A program made the translations under genes and the position numbers. From Octopus bimaculoides (Eukaryota), in the NCBI RefSeq assembly GCF_001194135.2, contig NC_068992.1, forward strand, positions 5,830,547 through 5,894,546: DNA of 64,000 nt, read 5' to 3'. The notes beneath the pieces are model-generated. The model saw only the letters and a program-made list of their open reading frames with translations, did no database searches and was not told the origin of the DNA. Shown in pieces: positions 39,953-52,150 of this stretch (its first letter is position 1; each line of letters begins with the position of its first letter).

Positions 39953-41380
39953 ATGTGTTATATACAATTCTTCTCAGTACATAATTCCGTGCTATTTCTA
40001 TGCGCATCAAAATGACAACTCGCGTGATGCTGTCATCAGCAGAATGCAAAACTCAATGTTCAATAGCTTTTGACATCATCAAAGGAAATTATCTGATACT
40101 TATTGTGTGATTTAGTGGTGAAGAAATTCAAACCAACGCAAACGTCGAAGAATGTAAACCATAACGTGATAGAAATTTGTCTCTGAGTCATGTGAAAGCA
40201 TGTAGACTTCTTCCACTGTGCTGATACCAGAGAGTCCAAGTTACATTTCACTCGGCATCTGTAGACTGTAATGTGTCAATTATAGTTTAGATATTCTCAT
40301 ACACATTGCAGCATTATATGCCAAGATGAGTATTGTTTAAGAGCCTGCAGGTCTTAAGGTCTGATCGCAAAGTAAATCCTTTATATTGAGTAACACAAAA
40401 ATCATAGATCTAAGAACTCCAATAAAGACGCACAGCCCTCCTTAAAATTATACTAAATACATACCTGAAAACAGAAGACGCCTGTGCTAATATATTTTTG
40501 TTCCCTACCTCTTCGTGGTCTCCGGATTTTCCTCTACACTCTCCGTGACCTGGCGTAAGCAAATAGACGTTATTATAAATCGTCTTTAAAAGGTGAAGAC
40601 AAAATAAACTATTACATTGAACTCGCTATTTAGTGGTTGTTCACGCTGGACATATTTTACAGGTTTCCAGATCATTGATGCTGCTATAAACACGCAAAAG
40701 AAATATGAATTAAAAGCAAAATAAAGGGCTATAACTGGAGTTGGGGAATTGCTGCTGGAACTAGAGATATATTGGCAAGCTATATCTGAATAAGCGAAAC
40801 ATGTCGGGAGGTGAGTCAATCTCTTTCAGAGTGAAAGGAAACTCTGTACTGGCAGCAAACAACTATATCACATTTACTAATCTTAATTATATGTCTCGAT
40901 TTTCTGGTGAAGATCCTACTTCAGAGACGGTACGATGGCTTACAAAATGCTTTATGCGTCAATTTGAACAGGTTGTGATCAATAATTCACAAGTACACGC
41001 TAACACCGCCTCATGTCTAGACGTTTGTTGGCGGAGAAAATAAATTGTCATTGCATGTTACATAATATTTATTAAAATATCTCTATTTAATGCAGATGCT
41101 TCCTGTATAACGAGAAGAATCATGTGGCATTCTAAAATATACAATTTGGTGAGGCCTCAATTTTCACTTATTTTAAGGCGACACCGCTTAGTAAATATAT
41201 TTTTATGACGGGCAACAGCCACAAAATTCATGGGCAGAAGCTCTTCGACTTCTTTCCTTACTTTTTCTTATACATATAATCACATCGGATATTATTATTA
41301 TCAACTTAATTTATGTATGTTCGTATTACGTGCGTATGTATATATGTGCGTACGTATGTATGTATGTTTGTATGTATGTG

Positions 41381-41431
<51 letters not shown>

Positions 41432-41776
41432 AAGGTTTCAAATTTAACCTTGGAAATATAAACAATGAGAACGATCCTTAAGGAATCTAATCAATGATCA
41501 TTTGGGGTGAAATCTTATGCTATATTGGTAACGATTACAAAATTTACTGGAAAATTATATATAGACATACATGTGTAAATGCATACACACACACGCCAAC
41601 ACAGATACACGCACCCTCTCTCCATCTTTCACACACACATTCACACACACGTATATATATATTTGAAAATCTATGAGAATTACTTGATACAATTTTGTAG
41701 TGTAAAGGTGATTTTCTTTTAAACAATTCCTTTCTTTGTAAGTTTTTCCAACCAATTTCCACAACTGATGACAAAA

Positions 41777-41778
<2 letters not shown>

Positions 41779-41827
<49 letters not shown>

Positions 41828-41848
41828 CAACAACAACAACAACAACAA
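41779..41848. repeat. (AAT)n(AAC)n compound microsatellite
   Basis: Directly visible. Confidence 0.95.
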
Positions 41849-42060
41849 TTGCATAAACAATAACATTTCCCTGTAATTCTGGCAACAGCCACATATTTCG
41901 TCTTAATGTGGAGTAATCAATGTCATCAGCCGCAGTACGTGCCTTGAACTCTAATTTGTGAACGTGTAATACATTTGAATTTCAAAAGTAAATAACCGGG
42001 GAAAAAAAATAGGTTAACATTTATCCAAATTTTTAATGATTCTGCCTTTTCTTCTCTTCA

Positions 42061-42230
42061 TATTGATTTCAAATTTTGGCACAAACCCAGACATTTTGAC
42101 AAAGGAGCTAAGTCGATTATATCGACATCAGCACTCAACTGGTACGTATTTTACCGACCCTGATATGTTAAAACCTAAAATTTACCTAGGCGGAATTTGA
42201 ACACAACTTTAAAAGATGACGCAGTGTCAT
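42061..42230 (-). mobile_element. SINE family 1
   Basis: aaattttggcacaaacc...gtcgattatatcgac...cagcactcaactggtac...ggcggaatttgaac is the reverse complement of the family body and tail. Confidence 0.7.
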
Positions 42231-42454
42231 TAAGATTCGACTTAGGTTCTACTAATTGGCCGTCTTTGTATCTCTATTGATATTAAAATAAATGTAACAA
42301 CTGTAGCATCAGTAATAACAATAATATTTACAACATTAGTGTCGATTAAACTGAACGCTCTTCTAATCTTGGGTGTCCAAACTATCAACTACACAGTCCA
42401 CTGAAAACAAGTCAGTTTCAGACACAAGCAGAAATCATCAAACAGTATTGATAA

Positions 42455-42639
42455 TGCAGCTCTTTATTTCGGAGTTGAAGAATTAAGTACATTATTGATG
42501 TTATTTACATTTGACGGATATTTGTCCTCATCTTGTTCGTTATTAACACAACGTTTCGGCCGATATACCCTCCAGTCTTCTTCGGGTGTCTTGGGGAAAT
42601 TTCGAACCTGGGTTCTCATTCCTAAGGTATTTTTCGATG

Positions 42640-42701
<62 letters not shown>

Positions 42702-42764
42702 CATTATTATCATTATTATTAAGTTCACTGCTTGGAATCGAACTCGGAATCTTCGGCTTAGTAG
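42455..42764 (-). mobile_element. tRNA-headed hammerhead SINE-like element, copy B (head truncated)
   Basis: Colinear with copy A from atttacatttgacggatatttgtcctcatc to ggaatcgaactcggaatc...ttagtag; internal (ATT)n expanded (42652-42720). Confidence 0.9.
42545..42590 (-). ncRNA. Minimal type I hammerhead ribozyme motif (copy B, best preserved cleavage site)
   Basis: GACAC CCGAAGA A GACTG gagggtatat CGGCC GAAA CGTT | GTGTT. Stem I GACAC/GUGUU, core CUGANGA with U4C, stem II with one mismatch, intact GAAA, palindromic AACGUU stem III. Predicted cleavage between 42550 and 42549. Confidence 0.75.
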
Positions 42765-43000
42765 TGGTTAAGAGCGCGGGCTACTAACCCCAACATTCCG
42801 AGTTCGAATCCAGGCAGTGACCTGAATAATAATAATGATAGTAATAATAATAATAGCGGAAAATACCTTCGGAATGAAAACCCAGGTACGAAATTTCCCC
42901 AAGACACCTGATGATGGCTGGAGGGCATATCAGCCGAATCGTTTTTAACAACAAGCAAGAAGAGGAGTAATATCCGTCAAATGTAAATCATGTAAATAAT
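42761..43000 (+). mobile_element. tRNA-headed hammerhead SINE-like element, copy C
   Basis: gtagtggttaagagcgcgggctactaaccccaacattccgagttcgaatccaggc (partial box A, box B GTTCGAATCC), AAT linker, body, 3' end gtcaaatgtaaatcatgtaaataat. Confidence 0.9.
42903..42946 (+). ncRNA. Hammerhead ribozyme motif (copy C, perfect core and stem II, damaged 3' side)
   Basis: GACAC CTGATGA T GGCTG gagggcatat CAGCC GAAT CGTT TTT. Intact CUGAUGA and 5-bp stem II; GAAA mutated to GAAU and the 3' strand of stem I partly deleted. Confidence 0.7.
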
Positions 43001-43070
43001 AGTATTGATAATAACGCAAACAATATTATGAACGTAAAAAAAAATGTATCACCAAGTTAAATAATATTAT

Positions 43071-43650
43071 GAAGGCGACCAACTGGCAGAAATGTTACCA
43101 CATTTAGGAAAATATCTAACGGCATTTCATTCGAATGTCTTTAATTGCTGACGACGTTGGCTTGGCATTTCAGAACTCCCGGTTCGATAAAACGTTTATG
43201 CATTAAGCACTCGTCTCGATTCAATTATCACCTATTCTTAAATTACTGGCCTTGTACTAAAATTTTAAAACATTTGTAAGCGGTGGGTTTGGCCGAATTG
43301 ATAGCATGCTAGTGGTACTTTTTTGCAGCAGTATTTTTTATGACTTTACATTCTAAGTTTAAATCTCGTCAAAGTAAATTTCGCCTTTTATTATTTCATT
43401 TTGTTGTCGATAGAATAATTACCATTTGAGCAATGGACTTGAGGTAATCGACTAACCGTGTCTCACCAAAATTTTAAGCCATTTATCTGTTGTAGAAAAA
43501 ATTATTAGAAAGAGTTGACCTGGCAGAATTGTTAGAGCGTCTAAAATAAATATTGACGCAATATCATCCTAACCTGTCAAATACTGGTTCTAATATAATC
43601 GACGTGTTTGTTCCTCTCAGATTTCCAAGAGTTGTGCCAAAATATATAAG
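43071..43650 (+). mobile_element. Three head-to-tail decayed SINE family 1 copies (about 43071-43270, 43340-43507, 43512-43650)
   Basis: Heads gaaggcgaccaactggcagaaatgtta and gacctggcagaattgttagagcg; bodies ...gtcgatagaataattacc...gaggtaatcgactaacc; tails ggccttgtactaaaattttaaa and gtagaaaaaattatt. Confidence 0.6.
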
Positions 43651-44449
43651 TCGATATTAGTATTATTAGTAGTCGTAAGTTTAAGTTTAGTAGTTGCAGC
43701 CTCATGACCACTGGAAGCAGTGTTTCTCATTTCACATCAGAGCACATATTTTGTAGCCCGGTCATGTGCAGTTTTCTGTTTTGATTTCATTGTTGTTATT
43801 TGCCAATATCTCTATATATTATATAGTCAATACCTATTAATGCTATCATCTGTTTGTTGTCTGTGTACTTGTTTGGGATTTTTGTTTGCATATTTATTTA
43901 TATACGTTTTTCCCATTCTTAAAGCAACTGTTATTCTGTGACTTGTTTCTCTTCTTTTTTTTTTTTCAATCTCTACTTAGGCGTCTTTATTTTTGCGTGG
44001 TTCTTCCATTTCTTTCAGACACATTTTGATACAACTATTAGGAGATATTCTTTACTTATTGAAATTTGGAAAATAGCATCTCCAAAATTAGCATTAATAT
44101 GTCTGTCTGTGAGAATTGTCATATTCCTGATTACGGTCATTCCGTCATTCTCTGAGTCTTGTTGAATAGTGGGCTTTTACCATTCCATTTCAGTTTGTAT
44201 TCCATAATGCCTTTATAATTTCAAGCTATTGCCGTTTCAATTCTGTTGTATGTCTACGTTTATCACATTTTCGCTTCAGCATGACAACAGCGAACCATTA
44301 CATCTTTTTATTAAAGACCTATATGTATAAGCTTAGCAAAGCTGGTCAAAGCCTTCTTAGTGGATTTAGTAGAAGGAAACTGAAAGAAGTCTATCGTATA
44401 TATATGTATATATGTGTGTGTGTCTGTCTGTGTGCATGCATGTATTTAT

Positions 44450-44667
44450 GAGTGCGTGTGTATCTGTGACTGTGCTGGTCCCCCCACCATCGCTTGACAA
44501 CCGATGTTGGTATGTTTAAGACCGCGGTTCGTAGCCTAGCGGTTCGGCAAAAAGGACCGATAGAATAAGTACTAGGCATACGAAGAATAATTTCAGGTGT
44601 CTATATCTTCGGCTGAGAACCATTTGATGGCAGTAATGCCGCAATCAAATGACTGAAACAAACAAAT
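44450..44667 (+). mobile_element. SINE family 2, 3' half
   Basis: ccccaccatcgcttgacaaccgatgttgg...tagcggttcggcaaaaaggaccgatagaataagtactaggc...caaatgactgaaaca. Confidence 0.85.
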
Positions 44668-45702
44668 TTATATATTCTACTCACTTTTTAGTTGCCTCTT
44701 CTGAGAAGGATTTCTTGTTGCGACACTTTCATATTAGAATTTTTATTTTCGTCATCCTGACCATAACACTATCATAACACTTTACTCTCTTATTCCTCAT
44801 ACTTAAGTTTTTCTTGTTTGAAATGTAGATTCAAGGATCTCAACCTCATATATATATATATATATATTAAATTATTCTTATTCTAATTAGACATTTTCAA
44901 ATGTTCTTTATGTTTTCTCATAGTATCCAAAGTCCAATGGTTCTTCGTGTGTTTGACTTTCATATGATCTGCGTAATTTGGAGCACATCATTACATTCGT
45001 TGATAGGAGCAAAAATTTAAAAGCTTTCTAATCCGAATATTATAACGAGTGCGCATAGCTGGAACAGCTGGGCTTCTGATGCCAATTACATTGTTTTAAA
45101 CTTTTAAAGCAGATTAAAAATATTAATAAAACGCATTTCAATTATTCATTTCTAAATGATTCGCTCACGTGCTATATTCTAAATAGTTCATTAATTGCTA
45201 ATTACTTCCAGACTGCTGTGCTTATAATTCCCTTATTTGTGTCATCACGTAAGTTAATACAATTTTTGTTTTAATAATGTTCTTCCTCCAACAGTGACGT
45301 GATATATTATTTTGAAATCTATACAATTTAACACTTTTTCTATAAGATATTTATCTGAAATGTAGAATAACTGACTATTCGCTTAGAAAAATCAGTCTTT
45401 ATCCCATATTTGTTTCTCCATGCATTTGCATTTATAATGAGGTCTAAATATAAAAGTGTCATATAAAGTTTTTTTCTTCTGTCACCACGTGGCTATTTTC
45501 CTCATGTTTAGTGCATCCTAAATCCGTAAATTAGTTACAGAACCCTTAGCTACCCCATTACAAAATTGTCCAAAACATAAATGCCTCTACCTTCTCTGAC
45601 ATTCTCCCTCTATATCTGTGAAATGAATTTATTGATCTTTACAGCCGTATGAGCCTTTGTGACATATGAGTCATTATGTTTAATACGCGCATACAAAAAC
45701 AC

Positions 45703-45910
45703 AGCGAGCTGGCAGAATCGTTCGCATACCGAACGAAGAAGATTTCGTCCGTCTTTATGTTCTGATTCCAGTTCCACCGTGGTCGACTTTGCTGTTTACC
45801 CTTCGTGGTTAACAATGCACGGACCAGTTCAGCACTGGGGTCGATGTTATAGGTTCACCTTATTTTCTCCACTGATCTTACTTGGCCTTGTCCCAAAATT
45901 TGAAATCAAA
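45703..45910 (+). mobile_element. SINE family 1, near full length
   Basis: gcgagctggcagaatcgttcgcataccg...gtggtcgactttgc...cagcactggggtcgatg...ggccttgtcccaaaatttgaaa. Confidence 0.85.
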
Positions 45911-45921
45911 ATGTATCTATA

Positions 45922-46285
45922 GGCAAAGGCGTAGCTGTACCGTTAGAAGCTTGTCTTCCAACCACATGGTTTTGGGTTCAATGGTTCAATCTCTCTGCGT
46001 GGCACATTGAGCAAGTGTCTTCTACTATAACCTCGGGCCGACCAATGCCTTGTGACTGGATTTGGTAGACAGAAACTGAAAGAAACCCGTCGTATATACA
46101 TATGCATGTGTGTTTGATTGCCAACCGTAGGTCGTGTGTTTACGTCCCCGTAACTTAGTGGTTCGCTAAAAAAGTACAATAGAATAAGTACTAGGCTTAC
46201 AAGGAATAAGTTCTGGGGTCGATTTCGTCAACTAAATACAGTTCTCCAGCATGTCCGCGGTCAATTGTCTGAAACAAATAAACGA
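45922..46285 (+). mobile_element. SINE family 2, near full length
   Basis: Head, body and tail all colinear with 27272-27550 and 44450-44667. Confidence 0.9.
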
Positions 46286-47214
46286 GAAAAAATGTAACAA
46301 ACATTTTAAAATGGCTGACAAATAGTTTCATGGCATAAAAAGTATCAAAAATTCAAAAGCTGGTCGTAGATACTTGAGTTTCCAGGATATCTCTTCCGTG
46401 ATGAGTGAATGTCCTAAATGTTCAGGATATTCCCATTATTGTTTTATTACTGTGGATGTAAAAAATGTAATATTCTTCATTGTTTTTTCAGGTCTTGTGC
46501 GAATGGTTGCAGGAATAGAGCAAAGTAGCTTTGAAATTGAAGTTTGGCACTAAGTGATGAGTGGTTACGTCTAGCCGGGCGATAGGTGGTGTTACACACT
46601 TGTAGTAGATAGGGAATATTGATATTCGTAGGAACAGAAGAATAATGCAAAACTATGGTCAAACATTCGAACTTGTCTGTTTCCTAATTGCTACTTTTTA
46701 TCGACCAGCTGATGGGAGAAGGATAAAGTTGATATGAGAAAACAGGAATCTATAATAAATACTGTGATTCTATTGAATTCTAATTTGGAGACAAGAAGAC
46801 TAAAAATATACTTCAAGATTGGTTTGTAGCTCAGCCGTTTCGCACCGGTATGAGTAACACGGTCTTGCAATGATAACCTTTGCAATTTGCGCTGAAATAG
46901 ATGTTCGCCCGTTTTAAGAAGTCTTAGTTTGTATATTGTGCAAAATAAAATTATAGAAATGTAGGTTTTGGAGATAAAACCTGTCTTTAGAGACAAAAGA
47001 ATATCAATCTTATTTGTCATTAGGTATAATCCAAAGCATTGGTTATAATCCAAAATTTGTCATTAGGTATAGTCACAACCGTCTATATTTCCAAGAGTAG
47101 AGAATTTATGAGCTAAAGGCATCGAATTGCTTTTTTAAACTTGCAGTATTATTTCAGAGAAAACTAAATATATTGATGTAATGTGGCATATCTGGCGCAG
47201 AAGTATTTCTTTTT

Positions 47215-47217
<3 letters not shown>

Positions 47218-47282
<65 letters not shown>
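47218..47282. repeat. (CT)n microsatellite
   Basis: Directly visible. Confidence 0.97.
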
Positions 47283-47285
<3 letters not shown>

Positions 47286-47419
47286 CAGTTAACGGTTAAT
47301 AAAAATATAAGTTAATCTAGGAATATCATATATTCTAGCCACATACCCGACACACTGTCATTTCCAGCTGTCTGAGTCTTATACTCTCTGACAGATTCTA
47401 ACGCTTTCCAGTCGCTTAC

Positions 47420-47556
47420 TTCTATCGTCACCATTGTTGGAATCATGTTCCTCGCCGTCGTCATCATTGTCCTTCCCACCGTCCTCGTCGTCGTGGTCGT
47501 CGTCAACATCATCATTATCACTATCAACATCATCTTCATCATCATCATCATCATCA

Positions 47557-47589
<33 letters not shown>

Positions 47590-47700
47590 TCGTCATCATC
47601 ATCATCGTCGTTGTCGTCGTCGTCGTCATCATCATCATCATCAGCATCATCATCAGTCTCATAAGCATCATCATAAATGTCGTCATGATTGTCATAACCA
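47420..47700. repeat. Degenerate (CAT)/(CGT) trinucleotide array
   Basis: Directly visible. Confidence 0.9.
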
Positions 47701-48413
47701 CCAAACAATTCTAATAATCTTTTTGCTTTGTTTTTATCTTTGTTCATATATATATATATATATATNNNNNNNNNNNNNNNNNNNNNNNNNNNNNNNNNNN
47801 NNNNNNNNNNNNNNNNNNNNNNNNNNNNNNNNNNNNNNNNNNNNNNNNNNNNNNNNNNNNNNNNNNNNNNNNNNNNNNNNNNNNNNNNNNNNNNNNNNNN
47901 NNNNNNNNNNNNNNNNNNNNNNNNNNNNNNNNNNNNNNNNNNNNNNNNNNNNNNNNNNNNNNNNNNNNNNNNNNNNNNNNNNNNNNNNNNNNNNNNNNNN
48001 NNNNNNNNNNNNNNNNNNNNNNNNNNNNNNNNNNNNNNNNNNNNNNNNNNNNNNNNNNNNNNNNNNNNNNNNNNNNNNNNNNNNNNNNNNNNNNNNNNNN
48101 NNNNNNNNNNNNNNNNNNNNNNNNNNNNNNNNNNNNNNNNNNNNNNNNNNNNNNNNNNNNNNNNNNNNNNNNNNNNNNNNNNNNNNNNNNNNNNNNNNNN
48201 NNNNNNNNNNNNNNNNNNNNNNNNNNNNNNNNNNNNNNNNNNNNNNNNNNNNNNNNNNNNNNNNNNNNNNNNNNNNNNNNNNNNNNNNNNNNNNNNNNNN
48301 NNNNNNNNNNNNNNNNNNNNNNNNNNNNNNNNNNNNNNNNNNNNNNNNNNNNNNNNNNATACATATGTGTGTGTGTGTATACATGTATATACACACACAT
48401 GTATATATACATA

Positions 48414-48490
48414 TATTTTTGTTTGCGTATGCACATACACACACATATATATACATATACATATATACATGTGTGTGTATATACATGTAT

Positions 48491-48521
<31 letters not shown>

Positions 48522-48641
48522 GATATATATATATATATATACATATATGGGTGTATGTGTGTGTATACATGTATATACACACACATGTATATATGTATAT
48601 GTATATATATGTGTGTGTATGTGCATACGCAAACAAAAATA
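48414..48641. repeat. Near-perfect palindrome with 86-bp perfect arms
   Basis: 48414-48499 is the exact reverse complement of 48556-48641, including the non-microsatellite ends tatttttgtttgcgtatgc / gcatacgcaaacaaaaata. Confidence 0.9.
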
Positions 48642-50337
48642 GAAAAATCAATAAAACAATAGATGAAATAGTTTTGAAAATTTTCAAATTCATGTAATTC
48701 TTCATTTCTTTTATTCTAAGCAGATGTTTTAAATCAGGAGACTTTTCTATTGTTCACAGGTGATATACATACGTACACAAGTACATAAATTCATGAATAT
48801 ATACACACACAAAAATACATAGATACACATATACACGTCTCTCGTTCTCTCTCTCTCTCTTCCCCTCTCTCTCTTTCTCTCTCTATATATATAAGTATGT
48901 GTATATATTTGATTGCGTATATGTATATGTATGCATGCATGCATTTATGTATGTACGTATTCATGCATGCATGTATGTATCTATGTGTGCTTGTCTGTGT
49001 TTCTCGCTCTGTGCATGTAGATTCACAAATAAGTAGAACTATATCGTCAATTGACCTCAAAACGTATTATCATCTTTTTCAGACATGTTGTCTTTTCTTT
49101 CTATTTTCATTAAGGAGGATTGGTTGGTATTAATTTATGTGAATGGAATCTTGTTCTGTTGTTGTTGTTGTCCATTTGCCCGATATTCACTAAAAATAAC
49201 AGCTACTTTTCGCTCCCTTCCTTCCTCTCTCTCCCTCTCTCTCTCTCTTTCACTCAATCTTTGTCTCCCTAATGTTACACACGGCTCTCCGCCTTTCTGG
49301 TGATCCGTATGTGGATCTGTACTGAGTAAACATACATACAATGGTATAGATGATGGTATTTCTTTATGAAACTGTAAATTGTGACTTTATAAGACAAGTT
49401 AGTCCACGTAATATAATAAATTATAATTCCAAGAAAATGTGATAGTATAATGAAATTTGTTGGAGCCTTGAATTTAAAGTCACAGAATGGCGACCTTTCA
49501 ATAATTGAAAACAGTAAAAGAAAGTAGTTATTACGTTAATACTCCAGACTGGAAAGGAAAATAACAATTCAACCAGAGAGTGACTTTTCAATAGAAAAGT
49601 GAAGTAGAAAGGGCAATATTTTTTTTTAAATGCGCAACTCAACAAATGAAATTTTAAATCTAAGTGATATAACAGCATATTTCTTCGTCAGTGCCAAAGA
49701 AGTGTATAATTTATTGTATTTAAGTGGGGATTTGTCACTGGTTGGCAATATTTTAGCAAGTTAGAAAACATTGACGATTAACTTAAACATTTGCAAAAAA
49801 GTAAAAAATATACAGAATATAGCAACCTATACCTGATACAAAATAGCAAAATATCGTTTGTGCCATCGATTAATATTGTTATTCTTTTACGGTTTATAAG
49901 AATATACTTAAGCAATTTTAACCAGTGAATATCGTTTCCTTTACACATTTAATCTGGAATTTTACCAACGCATAAATTCGAAAACATCTTAGAGAGTGAA
50001 GCAACAAAATAATGCACAAACAAAAAAAGAATGATGTTTCTAAAGTACCTGACTATCATAAATATAGCGTATAGTGGTTTTGAAATTTTCCTACTCATTT
50101 TATGTGTTCTCTGCGTGACTGTGTGTATATTTTGATATTGCGCATTTTATTGCATCTTTAATATTTAATTTTGAATATTTTCCTTCAAAATCAAAGAGTG
50201 TAGAGTAACACTATTTCCTAATTCGAATTATTGGAAATGATAGCCAAATGTTCATCACGAATCGCTGGAAAGCATCTCTGAAACAGCCCTAAAATTATAA
50301 CAACACAGCCGCAATAGAACAGAATATTGTACGACCA

Positions 50338-50404
50338 GAGGCACGCAACATACAAAGGTACGCAATATAGAGAGGCACGCAACATACGGAGGCATGCAAC
50401 ATAA
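50338..50404. repeat. Imperfect minisatellite, ~17-bp unit x4
   Basis: gaggcacgcaacatac-like unit at 50338, 50354, 50372 and 50389. Confidence 0.75.
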
Positions 50405-51234
50405 ACACAGTATCACATAAAGTTTCACATCATAAGCTAGAGACTCTGGAAAAGTATGTATGTTTCCAGGTATGTATGTATATATCGGTATATTGATCTC
50501 TGCGTGTATACGTTCGTGGCTGAACATTCATGAAAGTGACATAAAGGAAAGAATGCATTGAGTTTTGAATTTAGTAGCACGTAACAAGGAGATGAATTCA
50601 GTTAAGTTTTCTAACGATTGGCTAATTATTTTGCTGCCTTATATGTGAAATAATGATATACGAACATGTGAATCTGACCGCTACAGAACAGTAAATTATT
50701 GTAACAGTTATATACTGGTATTTCCATAAATATTGCAATTATCATTCATAAAATTGTGCCAGGACCAACTAACGATTATACATTCGTACATACTGTCATA
50801 TATCTCAAGTTTACATACGTTCACAAATATATAAACGCATACCTGTATACACATATACATAAATACATATATTAATTCAAAATGTACTTTGTGTAAAACT
50901 CTAAATCAAACATTTCTGGTTTGGCACTTTTAATTTTATTTCAAATCTTAGTAAATCTATGGTCAAAACGATTGCAAAATTATAACATTTGCTGTAAAAT
51001 CGGTTTTACTACTCCATTTTCGTACAAAATGATGTTAAACATGATGTTTTTATGCGTCGAGGATGATTTATTACCATATATATTTTATTGTTAATAGATT
51101 CAAATATATCAATTTGAAAAGGAAATATATCATGAAAGAATGAAATTCAAAACCACTTTTATCATATTATTGAGGTAATAAAGTAGGAATCGGTTACTTG
51201 AGTGATAGAAGGAAGAGCAACTAAAATACTTGTT

Positions 51235-51560
<326 letters not shown>

Positions 51561-51659
51561 ATGTCGCAATTTTTGTTATTTTTATTGCTTTAATTACTAT
51601 TAGATTTTTTTTTCTTTAAATCAATTATTGTCTCCATTGCAAAAGAGCGTGTGAGAACC

Positions 51660-52150
51660 ATGCGAAGAGGATGATAATACTGACGATGGTGACGACGAGG
51701 ACGATAACGAACGTCGATAACGAGTTGATGAGGATCAAGAGGAAGAAGATGATGATGGCAATAATAGCTGATGGTAATAATGGTGGAAACGTTGATGCAG
51801 CTGATAGACATCTTTGCATCTGCGATTGATATGAATGACAATGTAGGTGTTAAATGTGTATGAAAATATTATGCGTAGCTGTGATAATGATTCTGTACTG
51901 GGGATGATGATGATGATGATGATGATGACCACGACGACGACGACGATGGTGATGAGGATGATGATGATGACCACGACGACGACGACGATGGTGATGAGGA
52001 TGATGATGATGACGACGACGACGACGACGACGACGATAATGATGATGATGGCAATGATGATGATGATGATGATGATGATGGTGATGATGATGGCGGCCGC
52101 AGTGGCGACGAGTATGACGACGACGATGATAATGACGATGATGATTCGTT
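51660..52150. repeat. (GAT)/(GAC) trinucleotide arrays including a 42-bp internal duplication
   Basis: Directly visible; atgatgatgatgaccacgacgacgacgacgatggtgatgagg occurs twice in tandem around 51915-52000. Confidence 0.9.

Noticed and set aside
46492-46600. Isolated strong plus-strand splice acceptors (also 7974, 10243, 19544, 56519)
   Set aside because: Downstream frames close quickly and no peptide is recognisable; U-rich AG sites are common in AT-rich DNA. A lncRNA cannot be excluded without RNA data.
46800-46930. Possible RTE remnants (LSLQDRVT; also KWMS/GIRKAI near 53320)
   Set aside because: Similarity too short and weak to call by eye.
47379-48705. Long ORFs of 260-417 aa (likewise 26674-28102, 30068-30772, 57810-58919)
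   Set aside because: Length comes from N-gaps and dinucleotide repeats.
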